A stretch of 62,940 bases of DNA, the filler included, from Octopus bimaculoides (taxonomy: Eukaryota), in NCBI RefSeq assembly GCF_001194135.2. It is 5 parts of 4 records of this genome, joined end to end, with 100 filler letters (N's around TTAATTAATTAA, not from the genome) between each part and the next. Parts side by side here need not be neighbours in the genome. Positions count along the whole stretch, not along the records: positions 1 to 9,048 come from NC_068995.1; positions 9,149 to 25,126 come from NC_069001.1; 3 more parts are not named here. The stretch is one strand, 5' to 3'. Both the position numbers and the translations under genes were made by a program. The first letter of the stretch is position 1; every line of letters begins with the position of its first letter. Below the pieces are notes generated by a model that made no database searches, was not told the origin of the DNA, and worked only from the letters and a program-made list of their open reading frames with translations. Shown here in pieces: positions 1 to 13,144 of the stretch.

Positions 1-46
1 ATATATATGTACGTATGTATGATGTATGTATGTATGTATGTATGTA

Positions 47-94
<48 letters not shown>

Positions 95-718
95 TATGTG
101 TGTTTGTCTTTGTATTTGCAGGTGCTTGGATGCCTCTGTTTCGGGTGTATGTTGGTATATATTCATATATGTATATTACAAACACGCTTTCTTATACACT
201 CACATACACACATACTTATTATACACCTGCACAAACACATACATGCATACGCATATTCGTATACCATACAATCGAGCTCGCACGTATATATCCATATCCA
301 TGAGTATATATATATATATATATATATATGCTAACACACAGGCAAATGTATGTGTATATATATGTGTGTATATATATATGTATTTGTATATATATATATA
401 TATATGTGTGTGTCTGTGTGTGTGTGTGTGTGTATGTGTGTGTGTACATATATATATATATGTGTGTGTGTGTAATTGCATACACAAAACTAAATACACA
501 TACATGACTAAAATACACACATATACACAATCACACGTAAATATATACATTTACAGTATACACCATATTTCCATGTGAAAATATACTTAAACAAGCACAT
601 ACATAGGCAAACACGCTCACATACACACACACACACACTCCTATATATACACTCTTCACATTCTACGCATTAACATACATGCATAGACATATAGTCGATA
701 ATAAATGCTAATGCATCA

Positions 719-761
<43 letters not shown>
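1..761. repeat. Compound microsatellite block (TATG)n/(TG)n/(TA)n ending at an N gap
   Basis: Directly visible simple repeats; they produce the spurious CV/YI/HT ORFs. Confidence 0.97.
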
Positions 762-1580
762 NNNNNNNNNNNNNNNNNNNNNNNNNNNNNNNNNNNNNNN
801 NNNNNNNNNNNNNNNNNNNNNNNNNNNNNNNNNNNNNNNNNNNNNNNNNNNNNNNNNNNNNNNNNNNNNNNNNNNNNNNNNNNNNNNNNNNNNNNNNNNN
901 NNNNNNNNNNNNNNNNNNNNNNNNNNNNNNNNNNNNNNNNNNNNNNNNNNNNNNNNNNNNNNNNNNNNNNNNNNNNNNNNNNNNNNNNNNNNNNNNNNNN
1001 NNNNNNNNNNNNNNNNNNNNNNNNNNNNNNNNNNNNNNNNNNNNNNNNNNNNNNNNNNNNNNNNNNNNNNNNNNNNNNNNNNNNNNNNNNNNNNNNNNNN
1101 NNNNNNNNNNNNNNNNNNNNNNNNNNNNNNNNNNNNNNNNNNNNNNNNNNNNNNNNNNNNNNNNNNNNNNNNNNNNNNNNNNNNNNNNNNNNNNNNNNNN
1201 NNNNNNNNNNNNNNNNNNNNNNNNNNNNNNNNNNNNNNNNNNNNNNNNNNNNNNNNNNNNNNNNNNNNNNNNNNNNNNNNNNNNNNNNNNNNNNNNNNNN
1301 NNNNNNNNNNNNNNNNNNNNNNNNNNNNNNNNNNNNNNNNNNNNNNNNNNNNNNNNNNNNNNNNNNNNNNNNNNNNNNNNNNNNNNNNNNNNNNNNNNNN
1401 NNNNNNNNNNNNNNNNNNNNNNNNNNNNNNNNNNNNNNNNNNNNNNNNNNNNNNNNNNNNNNNNNNNNNNNNNNNNNNNNNNNNNNNNNNNNNNNNNNNN
1501 NNNNNNNNNNNNNNNNNNNNNNNNNNNNNNNNNNTGTGCGAGTCACAAACATTACTCGTGTATGCATATATGTATGTGTT

Positions 1581-1613
<33 letters not shown>

Positions 1614-1614
1614 T

Positions 1615-1845
1615 CTGTTGTTTTTTTTGTTGTTGTTTTAGTCATTTGACTGCGGCCAAGCTGTTGCACCGCCTTTAGCCGAACGAATCCACCTAAGGAT
1701 TTATTCTTTATAGGGTTAGTGCTTATTCTATCGGTCTCTTTTGCCAAATAGCGTATTTATGGGGGATGTAAACACACCAGCATAGGTTGTCAAGTGATCG
1801 TGGTGAGACAAACACAGACACACAAATATACACACACACATTCGA
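1615..1845 (-). mobile_element. SINE family B, 3' half
   Basis: Its reverse complement matches the 3' half of the full copy at 17698-18255 (ttgacaacc...ggcaaaagagaccgatagaataag...tggccgcagtcaaatgact). Confidence 0.85.
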
Positions 1846-2124
1846 TATCCTCTTTGATTTGGTGGTATACATATATAAACGCGTTTTGAGCTGAAGACTG
1901 CTACATAAGGGGAGAGAAGCGCTACAAGCTCGAAATATGTTGAAGAATTTATATAAAAGAGTGTTGAGCCTGCATAGATTTCAATATAATTCTTTTATTT
2001 CAATTTTTTCTTTATTTCCATAGGATAAGTTCTTTAAGTCACTGATAGTCGTGAAGAGCACTATTTCGCCCTCCTTTTGGACTCTCCAGTACAACATAAC
2101 TTGGAACTTGAAATGTATTAGGCA

Positions 2125-2178
<54 letters not shown>

Positions 2179-2449
2179 NNNNNNNNNNNNNNNNNNNNNN
2201 NNNNNNNNNNNNNNNNNNNNNNNNNNNNNNNNNNNNNNNNNNNNNNNNNNNNNNNNNNNNNNNNNNNNNNNNNNNNNNNNNNNNNNNNNNNNNNNNNNNN
2301 NNNNNNNNNNNNNNNNNNNNNNNNNNNNNNNNNNNNNNNNNNNNNNNNNNNNNNNNNNNNNNNNNNNNNNNNNNNNNNNNNNNNNNNNNNNNNNNNNNNN
2401 NNNNNNNNNNNNNNNNNNNNNNNNNNNNNNNNNNNNNNNNNNNNNNNNN

Positions 2450-2499
<50 letters not shown>

Positions 2500-2520
2500 C
2501 CGGTAATTATAATACTGGTT

Positions 2521-2710
2521 TCAAAATTTGGCTCTAGGCCAGCAAGTTTGGAGGAGAGGTAAGTCGAATAATCAACCGCAGGGCTCAACCGGTACTTATT
2601 TTATCGGCTTCGAAGGAATGACAGATAAAGTCAACATCGATGGAATTTGAACTCAGAATGTAATGATGGGCAAAATGCCGCTTAGCATTTTGCCCGGCAT
2701 GCTAACGATT
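2521..2710 (-). mobile_element. SINE family A (tRNA-like head)
   Basis: Reverse complement of the family core gagttcaaatt...ctttcatcctt...gataaaataagtacc. Confidence 0.85.
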
Positions 2711-3249
2711 CTGCCAGCTCGCTGCGGTCTTGTAATAGTAATAATGTTTCATTTTTTATCATTATACTTGCTATCTATGTCGTGACGAATTGATGATAAC
2801 GTTGCACTTCGCTAATGTTTTATCGTTGCTGTGCTGTCAACTAAACAATGCATTGTCATATTAGCATCTATAAAATTCCCAGCCTATAAAGCATTTACAG
2901 ATGAGTAATGGTATTAAACTAGCCACTCCCGTGTCCACTTACGTATATCGTTGTTACTGTGAAAACGCTCGGTTGATTGGCTGTATTTTCCATTCAATCC
3001 CCGCCTTCAATTGATGTGCTTAAATATGTTTGACATTTTCCAAATAATTTTTATCTTGGAATTTGAATTGAAATCTTCGCAGTTCAAATTATATCTGTCA
3101 GCTGTTCAATACCTGACGAAATGGTTTAGCTTATACAATTGATATTTCTTAATGCATGATGAAGAAATGAATAGCCATGTTATGGAAACGCGCATACCAT
3201 AATTTGAACAAAATCTACAATCAATTCATATTCATTTATTTATTATACA

Positions 3250-3286
3250 TGCATGTGCGTGCGTGTGTGAGCGTGCGTGTGTGTGT

Positions 3287-3340
<54 letters not shown>

Positions 3341-3660
3341 ATCGAACCCTTCTATTCCTTTTTTTCTTCCTTTATTGTCTTTCCTTTTATTTCCATTATG
3401 TCTTCTCTCTCTCTCTCTCTTTCTCTCTCGCTTTTTCTTTCTCTTTCTCACTCTCTTTCTCTCTTTATTTCCTAAAATATTCGTCTCTTTACGCATATAA
3501 GCATGTATATGTATATACTTCTCTCCTTAATACTCTCATTGTCTTTCCCTAAATTGTTCTTTTCGTCGGTTTCCTCTCTGTCTCACTCTCTCACTCTCTC
3601 TCTTTCTCACTCCCTTTCTCTCTCACTCTCCCTCTCACTCCCACTCTCTCACTATTTCTT
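3250..3660. repeat. (TG)n and (TC)n low-complexity block
   Basis: Directly visible. Confidence 0.9.
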
Positions 3661-4617
3661 TCCATATTATCTATTTGTGTCTCTCACATTCTCTCATATT
3701 CACGACAGAGACAATACACGTCCATCTATCGCCCTATTTCCTTCTCTTCTCTACTCAAAACGTCAAGTATGCTGACAGTCTACACCTGCCCTTCCATACA
3801 TTTCGTAATCCCATATATGTGTGTCCATGGTCTACGCGCGTGTGTACGTTTGTCTGCAAATATGTGTGTATCTTTTATTTGCATATATTTTATAATCGCG
3901 TATGTTTGTGTGTATATATGTGTGTTTCACATGAGTATGTGCTTTTGTGTGAGCACAAACAGTACAAACAGTACAAAGACACGCATATACATACATGTAT
4001 AAATATATATACGTACATATATATATATATATANNNNNNNNNNNNNNNNNNNNNNNNNNNNNNNNNNNNNNNNNNNNNNNNNNNNNNNNNNNNNNNNNNN
4101 NNNNNNNNNNNNNNNNNNNNNNNNNNNNNNNNNNNNNNNNNNNNNNNNNNNNNNNNNNNNNNNNNNNNNNNNNNNNNNNNNNNNNNNNNNNNNNNNNNNN
4201 NNNNNNNNNNNNNNNNNNNNNNNNNNNNNNNNNNNNNNNNNNNNNNNNNNNNNNNNNNNNNNNNNNNNNNNNNNNNNNNNNNNNNNNNNNNNNNNNNNNN
4301 NNNNNNNNNNNNNNNNNNNNNNNNNNNNNNNNNNNNNNNNNNNNNNNNNNNNNNNNNNNNNNNNNNNNNNNNNNNNNNNNNNNNNNNNNNNNNNNNNNNN
4401 NNNNNNNNNNNNNNNNNNNNNNNNNNNNNNNNNNNNNNNNNNNNNNNNNNNNNNNNNNNNNNNNNNNNNNNNNNNNNNNNNNNNNNNNNNNNNNNNNNNN
4501 NNNNNNNNNNNNNNNNNNNNNNNNNNNNNNNNNNNNNNNNNNNNNNNNNNNNNNNNNNNNNNNNNNNNNNNNNNNNNNNNNNNNNNNNNNNNNNNNNNNN
4601 NNNNNNNNNNNNNNNNN

Positions 4618-4649
<32 letters not shown>

Positions 4650-4689
4650 GACGAGCTTCTTTCAATTTCCGTCAACCAAATCCACACAC

Positions 4690-4803
4690 AAGGCCGTGGT
4701 AGGCCCTGGGTTTATAATAGAAGGTAGTATGCAGATGAACTAAACGCAGAACCATGTGGTTGGGAAACATGCTTCTGATCTCACAGCCATGCCAGCACCT
4801 CCA
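4690..4803 (-). mobile_element. SINE family B, 5' tRNA-derived head
   Basis: Reverse complement reads ggcatggctgtg...cccaaccacatggttc, matching the head at 17698. Confidence 0.75.
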
Positions 4804-6237
4804 TTTGTCTATACGTTATATATGAACGTATTTACTTATGTGTATTCCATGTACGCATTTTTCATGTATATAAATGTATGTGCTTTTATATGATTCATGT
4901 GTATGTTTGTACATGTTTTTGCATCCATGCATGTGCATAATTCCATGTGTATTTAAATCTAGTGTATTTTTTACATGTACATATGTAAGTGTGTTTTCGC
5001 ATGTCTGTATCTTTCACGTGCGCATCTATAAACCTGCGTGTATATTGGGTGCCTGTATATATGTGAGTACACGCCTGCTTGATTATGTTTTTATATGCAT
5101 TCGTGTGAACTGGTGTATATAAGCGCGCGTTAATGTTTGTGTGAGAAAGAAACCATGAGCGTATGTATACGCTTGTGTGAAAGTTTCTGTAATATTGTAT
5201 ATCTATATACTAGCATGTTTGGGTGATTATAAGAGTATGCATGCGGCTGAGTGCTTGTACGTATGCATGTATGCATGTATGTATCTATGTATATATGTAT
5301 ATATGTATGTATGTATGTATGTATGTGTATACATCTGTGAGAGTTTGATACTTCGTGATTTATTTTGTATTTAGTTCTTTTCAATTATAATAATTTTTCG
5401 TCTTTATGTTTATTTCTTTTGGAAATATAAAAAAAATTTTAATATTTTTATGAGTGACATTTTTATTCAAATTTTGCTTTTTCATTGCCAAAAAATATTT
5501 CTTGATAGTTTTATACATCCTGTGTGCCATTAATGGTAGATTTTATATATTCTCTATACCATTAATAGTGGCGTGTCACCAATCCTAATAATACTGTGGC
5601 CATTATTCTTATTTTTCCTTTACTTCTTACTACTTTCAATCATTGCATTGCAGCCATCATGGAGGCCCTGCCTTGCAGATACTCACTGGAATGCGACGAT
5701 ATTGGAAGCACTACTTTGAAAGTATTTACTGCATCGTATGCAATGTAACCACGCGATTTTAAAAGTATTTACTGCATTATAGCCACGTTGGAACTACTTA
5801 CTTGAACGTACGCATCGCATCTGGCCATGCTTCAATCACTGCCCTTAATTTGATAATTCTACAGCGACCATGTATAAAGTATAACGACCTGCTTGATAGT
5901 TTCATCCTTATTTGGAGGATTTTGAGAACAAAAAATTTCTACCTTTTCTGCCCAGTTTGACTTTTGTAGATTTATTAGACGCCAACCATCACCCAACTGA
6001 AACTGTAGGAACATCTATATAAAAATAGTTCAGATGATTCAAAATACACTGTGCCGTACATATTTATTAATTAAACAATAATGACCAACAAATGCATGGT
6101 TGTTCAAATTAGCTATTTCAGTTGTTCTGGTTTGTGTTTGATATCAACAGCTGTATGCTATCAATCTCACTAAGAACGTGTTCTTTAATGAATATCCAAA
6201 TAGAGATGAAACGAGTTAGGACACTGCCAAAAGTTCT

Positions 6238-6296
<59 letters not shown>

Positions 6297-7134
6297 NNNN
6301 NNNNNNNNNNNNNNNNNNNNNNNNNNNNNNNNNNNNNNNNNNNNNNNNNNNNNNNNNNNNNNNNNNNNNNNNNNNNNNNNNNNNNNNNNNNNNNNNNNNN
6401 NNNNNNNNNNNNNNNNNNNNNNNNNNNNNNNNNNNNNNNNNNNNNNNNNNNNNNNNNNNNNNNNNNNNNNNNNNNNNNNNNNNNNNNNNNNNNNNNNNNN
6501 NNNNNNNNNNNNNNNNNNNNNNNNNNNNNNNNNNNNNNNNNNNNNNNNNNNNNNNNNNNNNNNNNNNNNNNNNNNNNNNNNNNNNNNNNNNNNNNNNNNN
6601 NNNNNNNNNNNNNNNNNNNNNNNNNNNNNNNNNNNNNNNNNNNNNNNNNNNNNNNNNNNNNNNNNNNNNNNNNNNNNNNNNNNNNNNNNNNNNNNNNNNN
6701 NNNNNNNNNNNNNNNNNNNNNNNNNNNNNNNNNNNNNNNNNNNNNNNNNNNNNNNNNNNNNNNNNNNNNNNNNNNNNNNNNNNNNNNNNNNNNNNNNNNN
6801 NNNNNNNNNNNNNNNNNNNNNNNNNNNNNNNNNNNNNNNNNNNNNNNNNNNNNNNNNNNNNNNNNNNNNNNNNNNNNNNNNNNNNNNNNNNNNNNNNNNN
6901 NNNNNNNNNNNNNNNNNNNNNNNNNNNNNNNNNNNNNNNNNNNNNNNNNNNNNNNNNNNNNNNNNNNNNNNNNNNNNNNNNNNNNNNNNNNNNNNNNNNN
7001 NNNNNNNNNNNNNNNNNNNNNNNNNNNNNNNNNNNNNNNNNNNNNNNNNNNNNNNNNNNNNNNNNNNNNNNNNNNNNNNNNNNNNNNNNNNNNNNNNNNN
7101 NNNNNNNNNNNNNNNNNNNNNNNNNNNNNNNNNN

Positions 7135-7186
<52 letters not shown>

Positions 7187-7188
<2 letters not shown>

Positions 7189-7400
7189 TCACAAGTGATG
7201 GCGACGTTATCGCCTCCATTCATCTTCCCACACGGCCTCACATTCAACACGGAAGCCTACATCAAGTGTCTGGAGGAGGTAGTGGCTGCTATGGCATAAT
7301 TCACCAATTTAAAAAAGAAGTCCGTCCAGAAGAGATGCAGGAGATTCCGAGGTCGTCTGGAGTCCGTGGTTGAAGCCAATGGCGATTTTATTGAATAAGT
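7187..7400 (+). mobile_element. Internally deleted mariner/maT-type transposase 3' fragment
   Basis: With frameshifts it translates to ITSDGDV..PFIFPHGLTFNTEAYIKCLEEVV and RRFRGRLESVVEANGDFIE-stop, typical Tc1/mariner C-terminal sequence; the middle of the DDD domain is missing. Confidence 0.75.
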
Positions 7401-7545
7401 TTCCTCCTTAGTATTTCAACATTTTTTAATGTAATTTTGGTAAATATATGAAGTCCTAATGGACTGTACCTCAATATAAATGGACATACACATATATATA
7501 TAAATGTACATACGCACAGAGCCTTCAACAGAGCCTGTATGTATG

Positions 7546-7584
<39 letters not shown>

Positions 7585-8042
7585 GTATGTATGTATGTAT
7601 GTATGTATGAATGTATAAGTAGAATTCAGTAGAAGATAAAGGTAAAAGATATTTAAACCGCATACTTACAGCTGTTTCATACTCCGCCTAAAGTCACTTC
7701 AGGTACGCTGATTTTAAGTTGTATACCAATTATATTCACTTCACAAGCGCCTTACATACACATATGCATACATATATATATATGCACATAAATATATTTT
7801 TAGCAGCATAACGATGAATTGAACAGATCTATACTTACATACATAAATACATACATGCGATCCATTCTATTATCCTCGCTATGTGCGAGAAACACTAAGA
7901 AATATCGAAGTGAATTATCATTTCAAGAAAAAAGTAACTTTTACTATACGTGTTTGAATACTCGCTCAATTGTACATATTAATGTAATTGTATATGTCTA
8001 CTTGTGCTATTTATGAAGATATACATCTATATGATATGTATG

Positions 8043-8093
<51 letters not shown>

Positions 8094-9092
8094 ATTCCTC
8101 TGGTCACTATAAGTGAAAAACATATTGTTAGATGTTATACAATAGAGATAACGCCATAATTTTTTCTTCCTTATTTTTTTTACACTTTATATACGAATAT
8201 CTAAAATCAAAATTCCTGGAGCAACAAATCCAATATTTTGTACTTGTAAGCAAAAGAGAAGAATTCACTTTTGAATATCAAAAATCATGATTTTGTTGGG
8301 TTTTTTTTTTCTTTTTTCTTATTTATGCCTCGCTCTTCGTATANNNNNNNNNNNNNNNNNNNNNNNNNNNNNNNNNNNNNNNNNNNNNNNNNNNNNNNNN
8401 NNNNNNNNNNNNNNNNNNNNNNNNNNNNNNNNNNNNNNNNNNNNNNNNNNNNNNNNNNNNNNNNNNNNNNNNNNNNNNNNNNNNNNNNNNNNNNNNNNNN
8501 NNNNNNNNNNNNNNNNNNNNNNNNNNNNNNNNNNNNNNNNNNNNNNNNNNNNNNNNNNNNNNNNNNNNNNNNNNNNNNNNNNNNNNNNNNNNNNNNNNNN
8601 NNNNNNNNNNNNNNNNNNNNNNNNNNNNNNNNNNNNNNNNNNNNNNNNNNNNNNNNNNNNNNNNNNNNNNNNNNNNNNNNNNNNNNNNNNNNNNNNNNNN
8701 NNNNNNNNNNNNNNNNNNNNNNNNNNTATATATATATATACATACATATATATATACATATATATATATGTAATATATATGTATATATACATATATGTAT
8801 GTATATATAAGTAAATGTGTATGTATATGCATGCATGTATGCAGGTATATAGATATGTATATTGTTATATATGCATATACATATGGGCACAGGTGTAGAC
8901 ACATATTCAATCATTCACACACATATTTGTCGATAGCGTGTTAGATGTAGATATACATGATATATAAGCATTATGCTTGCACATATCTAGGTATATACAG
9001 GTATATACATATACATGTGGGTATATATATATATATATATATATATATNNNNNNNNNNNNNNNNNNNNNNNNNNNNNNNNNNNNNNNNNNNN

Positions 9093-9104
9093 TTAATTAA
9101 TTAA
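9093..9104. other. Artificial gap linker TTAATTAATTAA
   Basis: Centred in a 100-nt N block; gives stops in all six frames. Confidence 0.9.
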
Positions 9105-9149
9105 NNNNNNNNNNNNNNNNNNNNNNNNNNNNNNNNNNNNNNNNNNNNT

Positions 9150-9480
9150 GGTCCAGATTATGAAGCAATCGTCCAGGTATCTCTTCCATGCTTTTTCTAT
9201 AAGCTTCCTAAATTCGGTGTTATATCTCTCCTCTATTTCCTGGTAGAGTTTTTGTTCCAAGTAACCCATCACCGAATTCGCATAAACGGGGGCAAACCTC
9301 GTCCCCATAGCCGTGCCTTTAATTTGGATATAGTTCTTACCATTGAAGAAGAACGTATTATTTTCCAGGATAAGTCTCACTGATTCTAGTATAAATGTCA
9401 CCGTGTACCTGTTGGGAATTGCTTCTCTGTGTTTGTTTACCCAGTATTCAACCGCCTTTATAAGAAATTAAAATATCATC
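9150..9480 (-). mobile_element. Penelope-like element reverse transcriptase fragment
   Basis: LILENNTFFFNGKNYIQIKGTAMGTRFAPVYAN...KRYLDDCFIIW contains the GTAMG and YLDD motifs characteristic of PLE RT. Confidence 0.92.
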
Positions 9481-9583
9481 AATTCTAAAAATAGCCAAAC
9501 ACCTACTGCTGCCGTCCAAAGGAATTGGTATAAAAGACAGAAAACCAGCCAACTTATTACAGTCTGTTAAAGTCTGTCATACC

Positions 9584-9623
9584 GGCCATGACGAAGGGAA
9601 ATAGCCCTGAAACTCGAGTCGCC
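9584..9623 (+). ncRNA. Degenerate type I hammerhead ribozyme-like motif in a PLE pseudo-LTR
   Basis: ggc-c(a)TGACGA-aggg aaatag ccct-GAAAC-tcga-GTC-gcc gives a core, stem II, palindromic stem III and GUC cleavage triplet. The core has a non-canonical extra A. Confidence 0.55.
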
Positions 9624-10174
9624 TTTATATATATATATTTATATTTATATATTTATATATTTGATCCTTTATATTGAACACTCAATATTTCATCTACATT
9701 CAATACTTTCTTTCATGGTGCCATCCATTTTTATGTTATTTTATTTTATATTGTATATTGTATATCATATTATATATTGTATATTCCATATTCTATACCC
9801 CACATTAGTTCTGCAGGAATATAAATAAAACATAAAAAACAGACAGTGTTGGAACTCTTTTAAGCAAANNNNNNNNNNNNNNNNNNNNNNNNNNNNNNNN
9901 NNNNNNNNNNNNNNNNNNNNNNNNNNNNNNNNNNNNNNNNNNNNNNNNNNNNNNNNNNNNNNNNNNNNNNNNNNNNNNNNNNNNNNNNNNNNNNNNNNNN
10001 NNNNNNNNNNNNNNNNNNNNNNNNNNNNNNNNNNNNNNNNNNNNNNNNNNNNNNNNNNNNNNNNNNNNNNNNNNNNNNNNNNNNNNNNNNNNNNNNNNNN
10101 NNNNNNNNNNNNNNNNNNNNNNNNNNNNNNNNNNNNNNNNNNNNNNNNNNNNNNNNNNNNNNNNNNNNNNNNNN

Positions 10175-10224
<50 letters not shown>

Positions 10225-10360
10225 CAGTTTACTTCACTGTTAAGGTAAGATCAACAAATAAAGTATTCCATCCGACAGGAGATAAATATCGTTTAATGCA
10301 CATAATATATAGTTATGAGCTATTTGTAGATATATACGTTGGAGGTACTATCTAGACAGG

Positions 10361-10508
10361 TTTTAATAACTCACCCAGTGTCTCCAAGCAATCCACGGGT
10401 TCTGAGCGCATAGCTTATACAGATTATAAATCGTCCCGATTATTAACTTGTATAGGTCGTGCGCCCAGGGCCCGTAGATTACTTGGAGACACTTGGCGTG
10501 TTTTAAAA
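10361..10508. repeat. Imperfect fold-back inverted repeat (about 70-bp arms, 3-nt loop)
   Basis: cagtgtctccaagcaatccacggg...aatcg pairs with cgatt...cccgtagattacttggagacactt. Confidence 0.85.
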
Positions 10509-10763
10509 CATACCTAAATAATATCCTCAATATATGAAATTATTAGAAGCTCACAACTACAAACAATGTACAACAAATGATGTGTGTGTGTGTGTGTATA
10601 ACACATGTTAGATGTGTGACATGCTCCAAGAGAATGTTGAAGAAGCAAGAACACGTTCTTGAATAAATCAACAACCACGGCAACAACAGCAGTAACAATT
10701 ACATTAACGCCTACAAAATTAACGTCGGTAAAATGTAATCAGTATCGATAAGAGAAAGTTTTG

Positions 10764-10799
<36 letters not shown>

Positions 10800-11175
10800 A
10801 TATATGTATGCATGTGTGTTGGTATGTGTGTGTTTGTGTGTGTGCGCGTATATGTTTAGGAGAGACTCTTTCCTAAAAAAGAGAGAGAAGGCAGAGTGAG
10901 AGGGAGTAAGAGGAGTAGGAGGAAATTAGAGGAAGAAGAGAAGAGAGGGGGTGAGGAAGAAATGAGCTGTTAGGTGACTTTGAAGAGGAGAAGGTGGTGG
11001 GATGAGGAATGAGCTGTGAGGGAGTGAGAGGGAAAGGCTGAAGAAAGCACGTGCGTATGCTAATATGCACATATATATGTATGTATGTATGTATGTGTGT
11101 ACACATAATTTTTATGTTTGCAGTTACGTGCATCTATATGTGTGTGTGAGTATGTGTGCATGTGTCTGCGGTGCA

Positions 11176-11220
<45 letters not shown>

Positions 11221-11689
11221 ACGTGTGTGTGTGTGTATGTATGCATGTGTGTGTGTGTGTGTGTGTGNNNNNNNNNNNNNNNNNNNNNNNNNNNNNNNNN
11301 NNNNNNNNNNNNNNNNNNNNNNNNNNNNNNNNNNNNNNNNNNNNNNNNNNNNNNNNNNNNNNNNNNNNNNNNNNNNNNNNNNNNNNNNNNNNNNNNNNNN
11401 NNNNNNNNNNNNNNNNNNNNNNNNNNNNNNNNNNNNNNNNNNNNNNNNNNNNNNNNNNNNNNNNNNNNNNNNNNNNNNNNNNNNNNNNNNNNNNNNNNNN
11501 NNNNNNNNNNNNNNNNNNNNNNNNNNNNNNNNNNNNNNNNNNNNNNNNNNNNNNNNNNNNNNNNNNNNNNNNNNNNNNNNNNNNNNNNNNNNNNNNNNNN
11601 NNNNNNNNNNNNNNNNNNNNCCAACACCTTTAATAAACAGATCACTGGTAATTCTTTACTTCACAACATCACACCAACTGGTTTGTGAT

Positions 11690-11830
11690 TACTTGGTGGT
11701 GGTGGTGGAGGTGGAGAAGGTGGATGTGGTGGTGGTGGTGGTGGTGGTGGTTGTGCTAGTGGTGGTGGTTGTGGTGGAGAAGGTAGATGTGGTGGTGGTG
11801 GTGGTGGTGATGATAGTGTTGGTAGTTGTA
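11690..11830. repeat. (GGT)n low-complexity tract
   Basis: Directly visible; source of the poly-V, poly-P and poly-H ORFs. Confidence 0.9.
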
Positions 11831-12504
11831 GTGACGGATTATGTTGATGCTTGTTATCCATGTATGTGTATATCTGCTTTTTTTATGTGTGTGTGTCTGT
11901 ATGCGTGTATGTTTGTATGTGTGTGTGTGTGTGCTGGTGCTTGTTTGTGTATGCATTTACGTGTGTGTTTTTGCGTGTATCCAGGTTTATATGTCTATGT
12001 ATGCATGCGTATTTATATGTGCATGTATATCTACATCAGTTGTGTATTTAATTTAGAAACGTTTTGTGAGTACATCTATGCGTGTTTGTGTACGTTGTAT
12101 GTGTGTAGGTGTGTGTGTGTGTGTGTGAGTGTGTGTGTTATTTATATAATTACATCTGAGCTATATTTATGGTGGGTGGAGGAAAAGGTAAAGAGGATTA
12201 CGAGAGTGGGGACTCTGTTTAGGGCAGGTTTGGCTTATTTGGATTGGCTGGGGACATTAGGGGTGGAGTATATTGGGGGAGTTGTGACGTGGGTAAGGAG
12301 AATGGCGAGGAAACGAATTTAATTTACTGGAAATGAAACAAAATAGTCCAAGTGTAAAAGCCAACGACTACAACAACAGCAACAATAACAACAACAACAA
12401 TTACTGCAACTGCTGCTACTATTACTACATCAGCATTGTTAATATTACCTACAACAACAATAACAGATAGAGAAACAATAGTATTAGCACCAGTCATGTT
12501 ATTA

Positions 12505-12972
12505 TTATTATTATTGTTCAGTAGTTTTATTTTTATAACGTGCTTTCACTTCACTACCGAGCGCAGCTCTGTGCGCCTTGGATGCTCTTATGGTTACTGT
12601 ATTGAAAGTGTTTTGCGTAGGATGTGTGCTGTGCCCAGTAGTGCAATCTTCTGTATGTTATATATATTTGTAAGTCCTGGTGTTTTTGTTATGTATTTGT
12701 CTGAATATTTTTTTATTATACCTAAGGCACCTACTATGATAGGAATTGTTTCTGTTTTTAGATTCCACATTCGAGTTACCTCTATTTCCAGGTCTTTGTA
12801 TTTTGAAAGTTTTTCCATCTCTTTTAGGGAAACGTTGTCATCTGCTGGTATTGATACATCAATTAGAAAGCATTTTTTTTCTTCATGATCTTTGACAACT
12901 ATATCTGGTCTATTTGCCTTAATTTCTCTATCTGTGTGTATTGACATATCCCAGAGTATGGTTACTTTCTCG
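12505..12972 (-). mobile_element. 5'-truncated Dong/R4-clade non-LTR retrotransposon (restriction-like endonuclease and 3' UTR)
   Basis: ANRPDIVVKD...FLIDVSIP...EKLSKYKDL...IPIIVGALG is the PD-(D/E)xK REL domain. (TAA)n lies on both flanks. Confidence 0.88.
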
Positions 12973-13144
12973 TATTATTATTATTATTATTATTATGACT
13001 GGAAACTGAACACGTCGTTGACGGCGCGTAATGGTTTCAGAGACCAGATTAGTGAACTATTAAGAGGGCATTGACGGGCGCAATAACCGACGATAAATGT
13101 TGTTTCGCCCTGAAAAGGACGATTAGAATAGAATCGATAAGGTT

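Noticed and set aside
1-8914. Many long ORFs (CVCV, YIYI, HTHT, ERER and X runs) here and elsewhere in the track
   Set aside because: They are translations of microsatellites and N gaps, with no coding signal.
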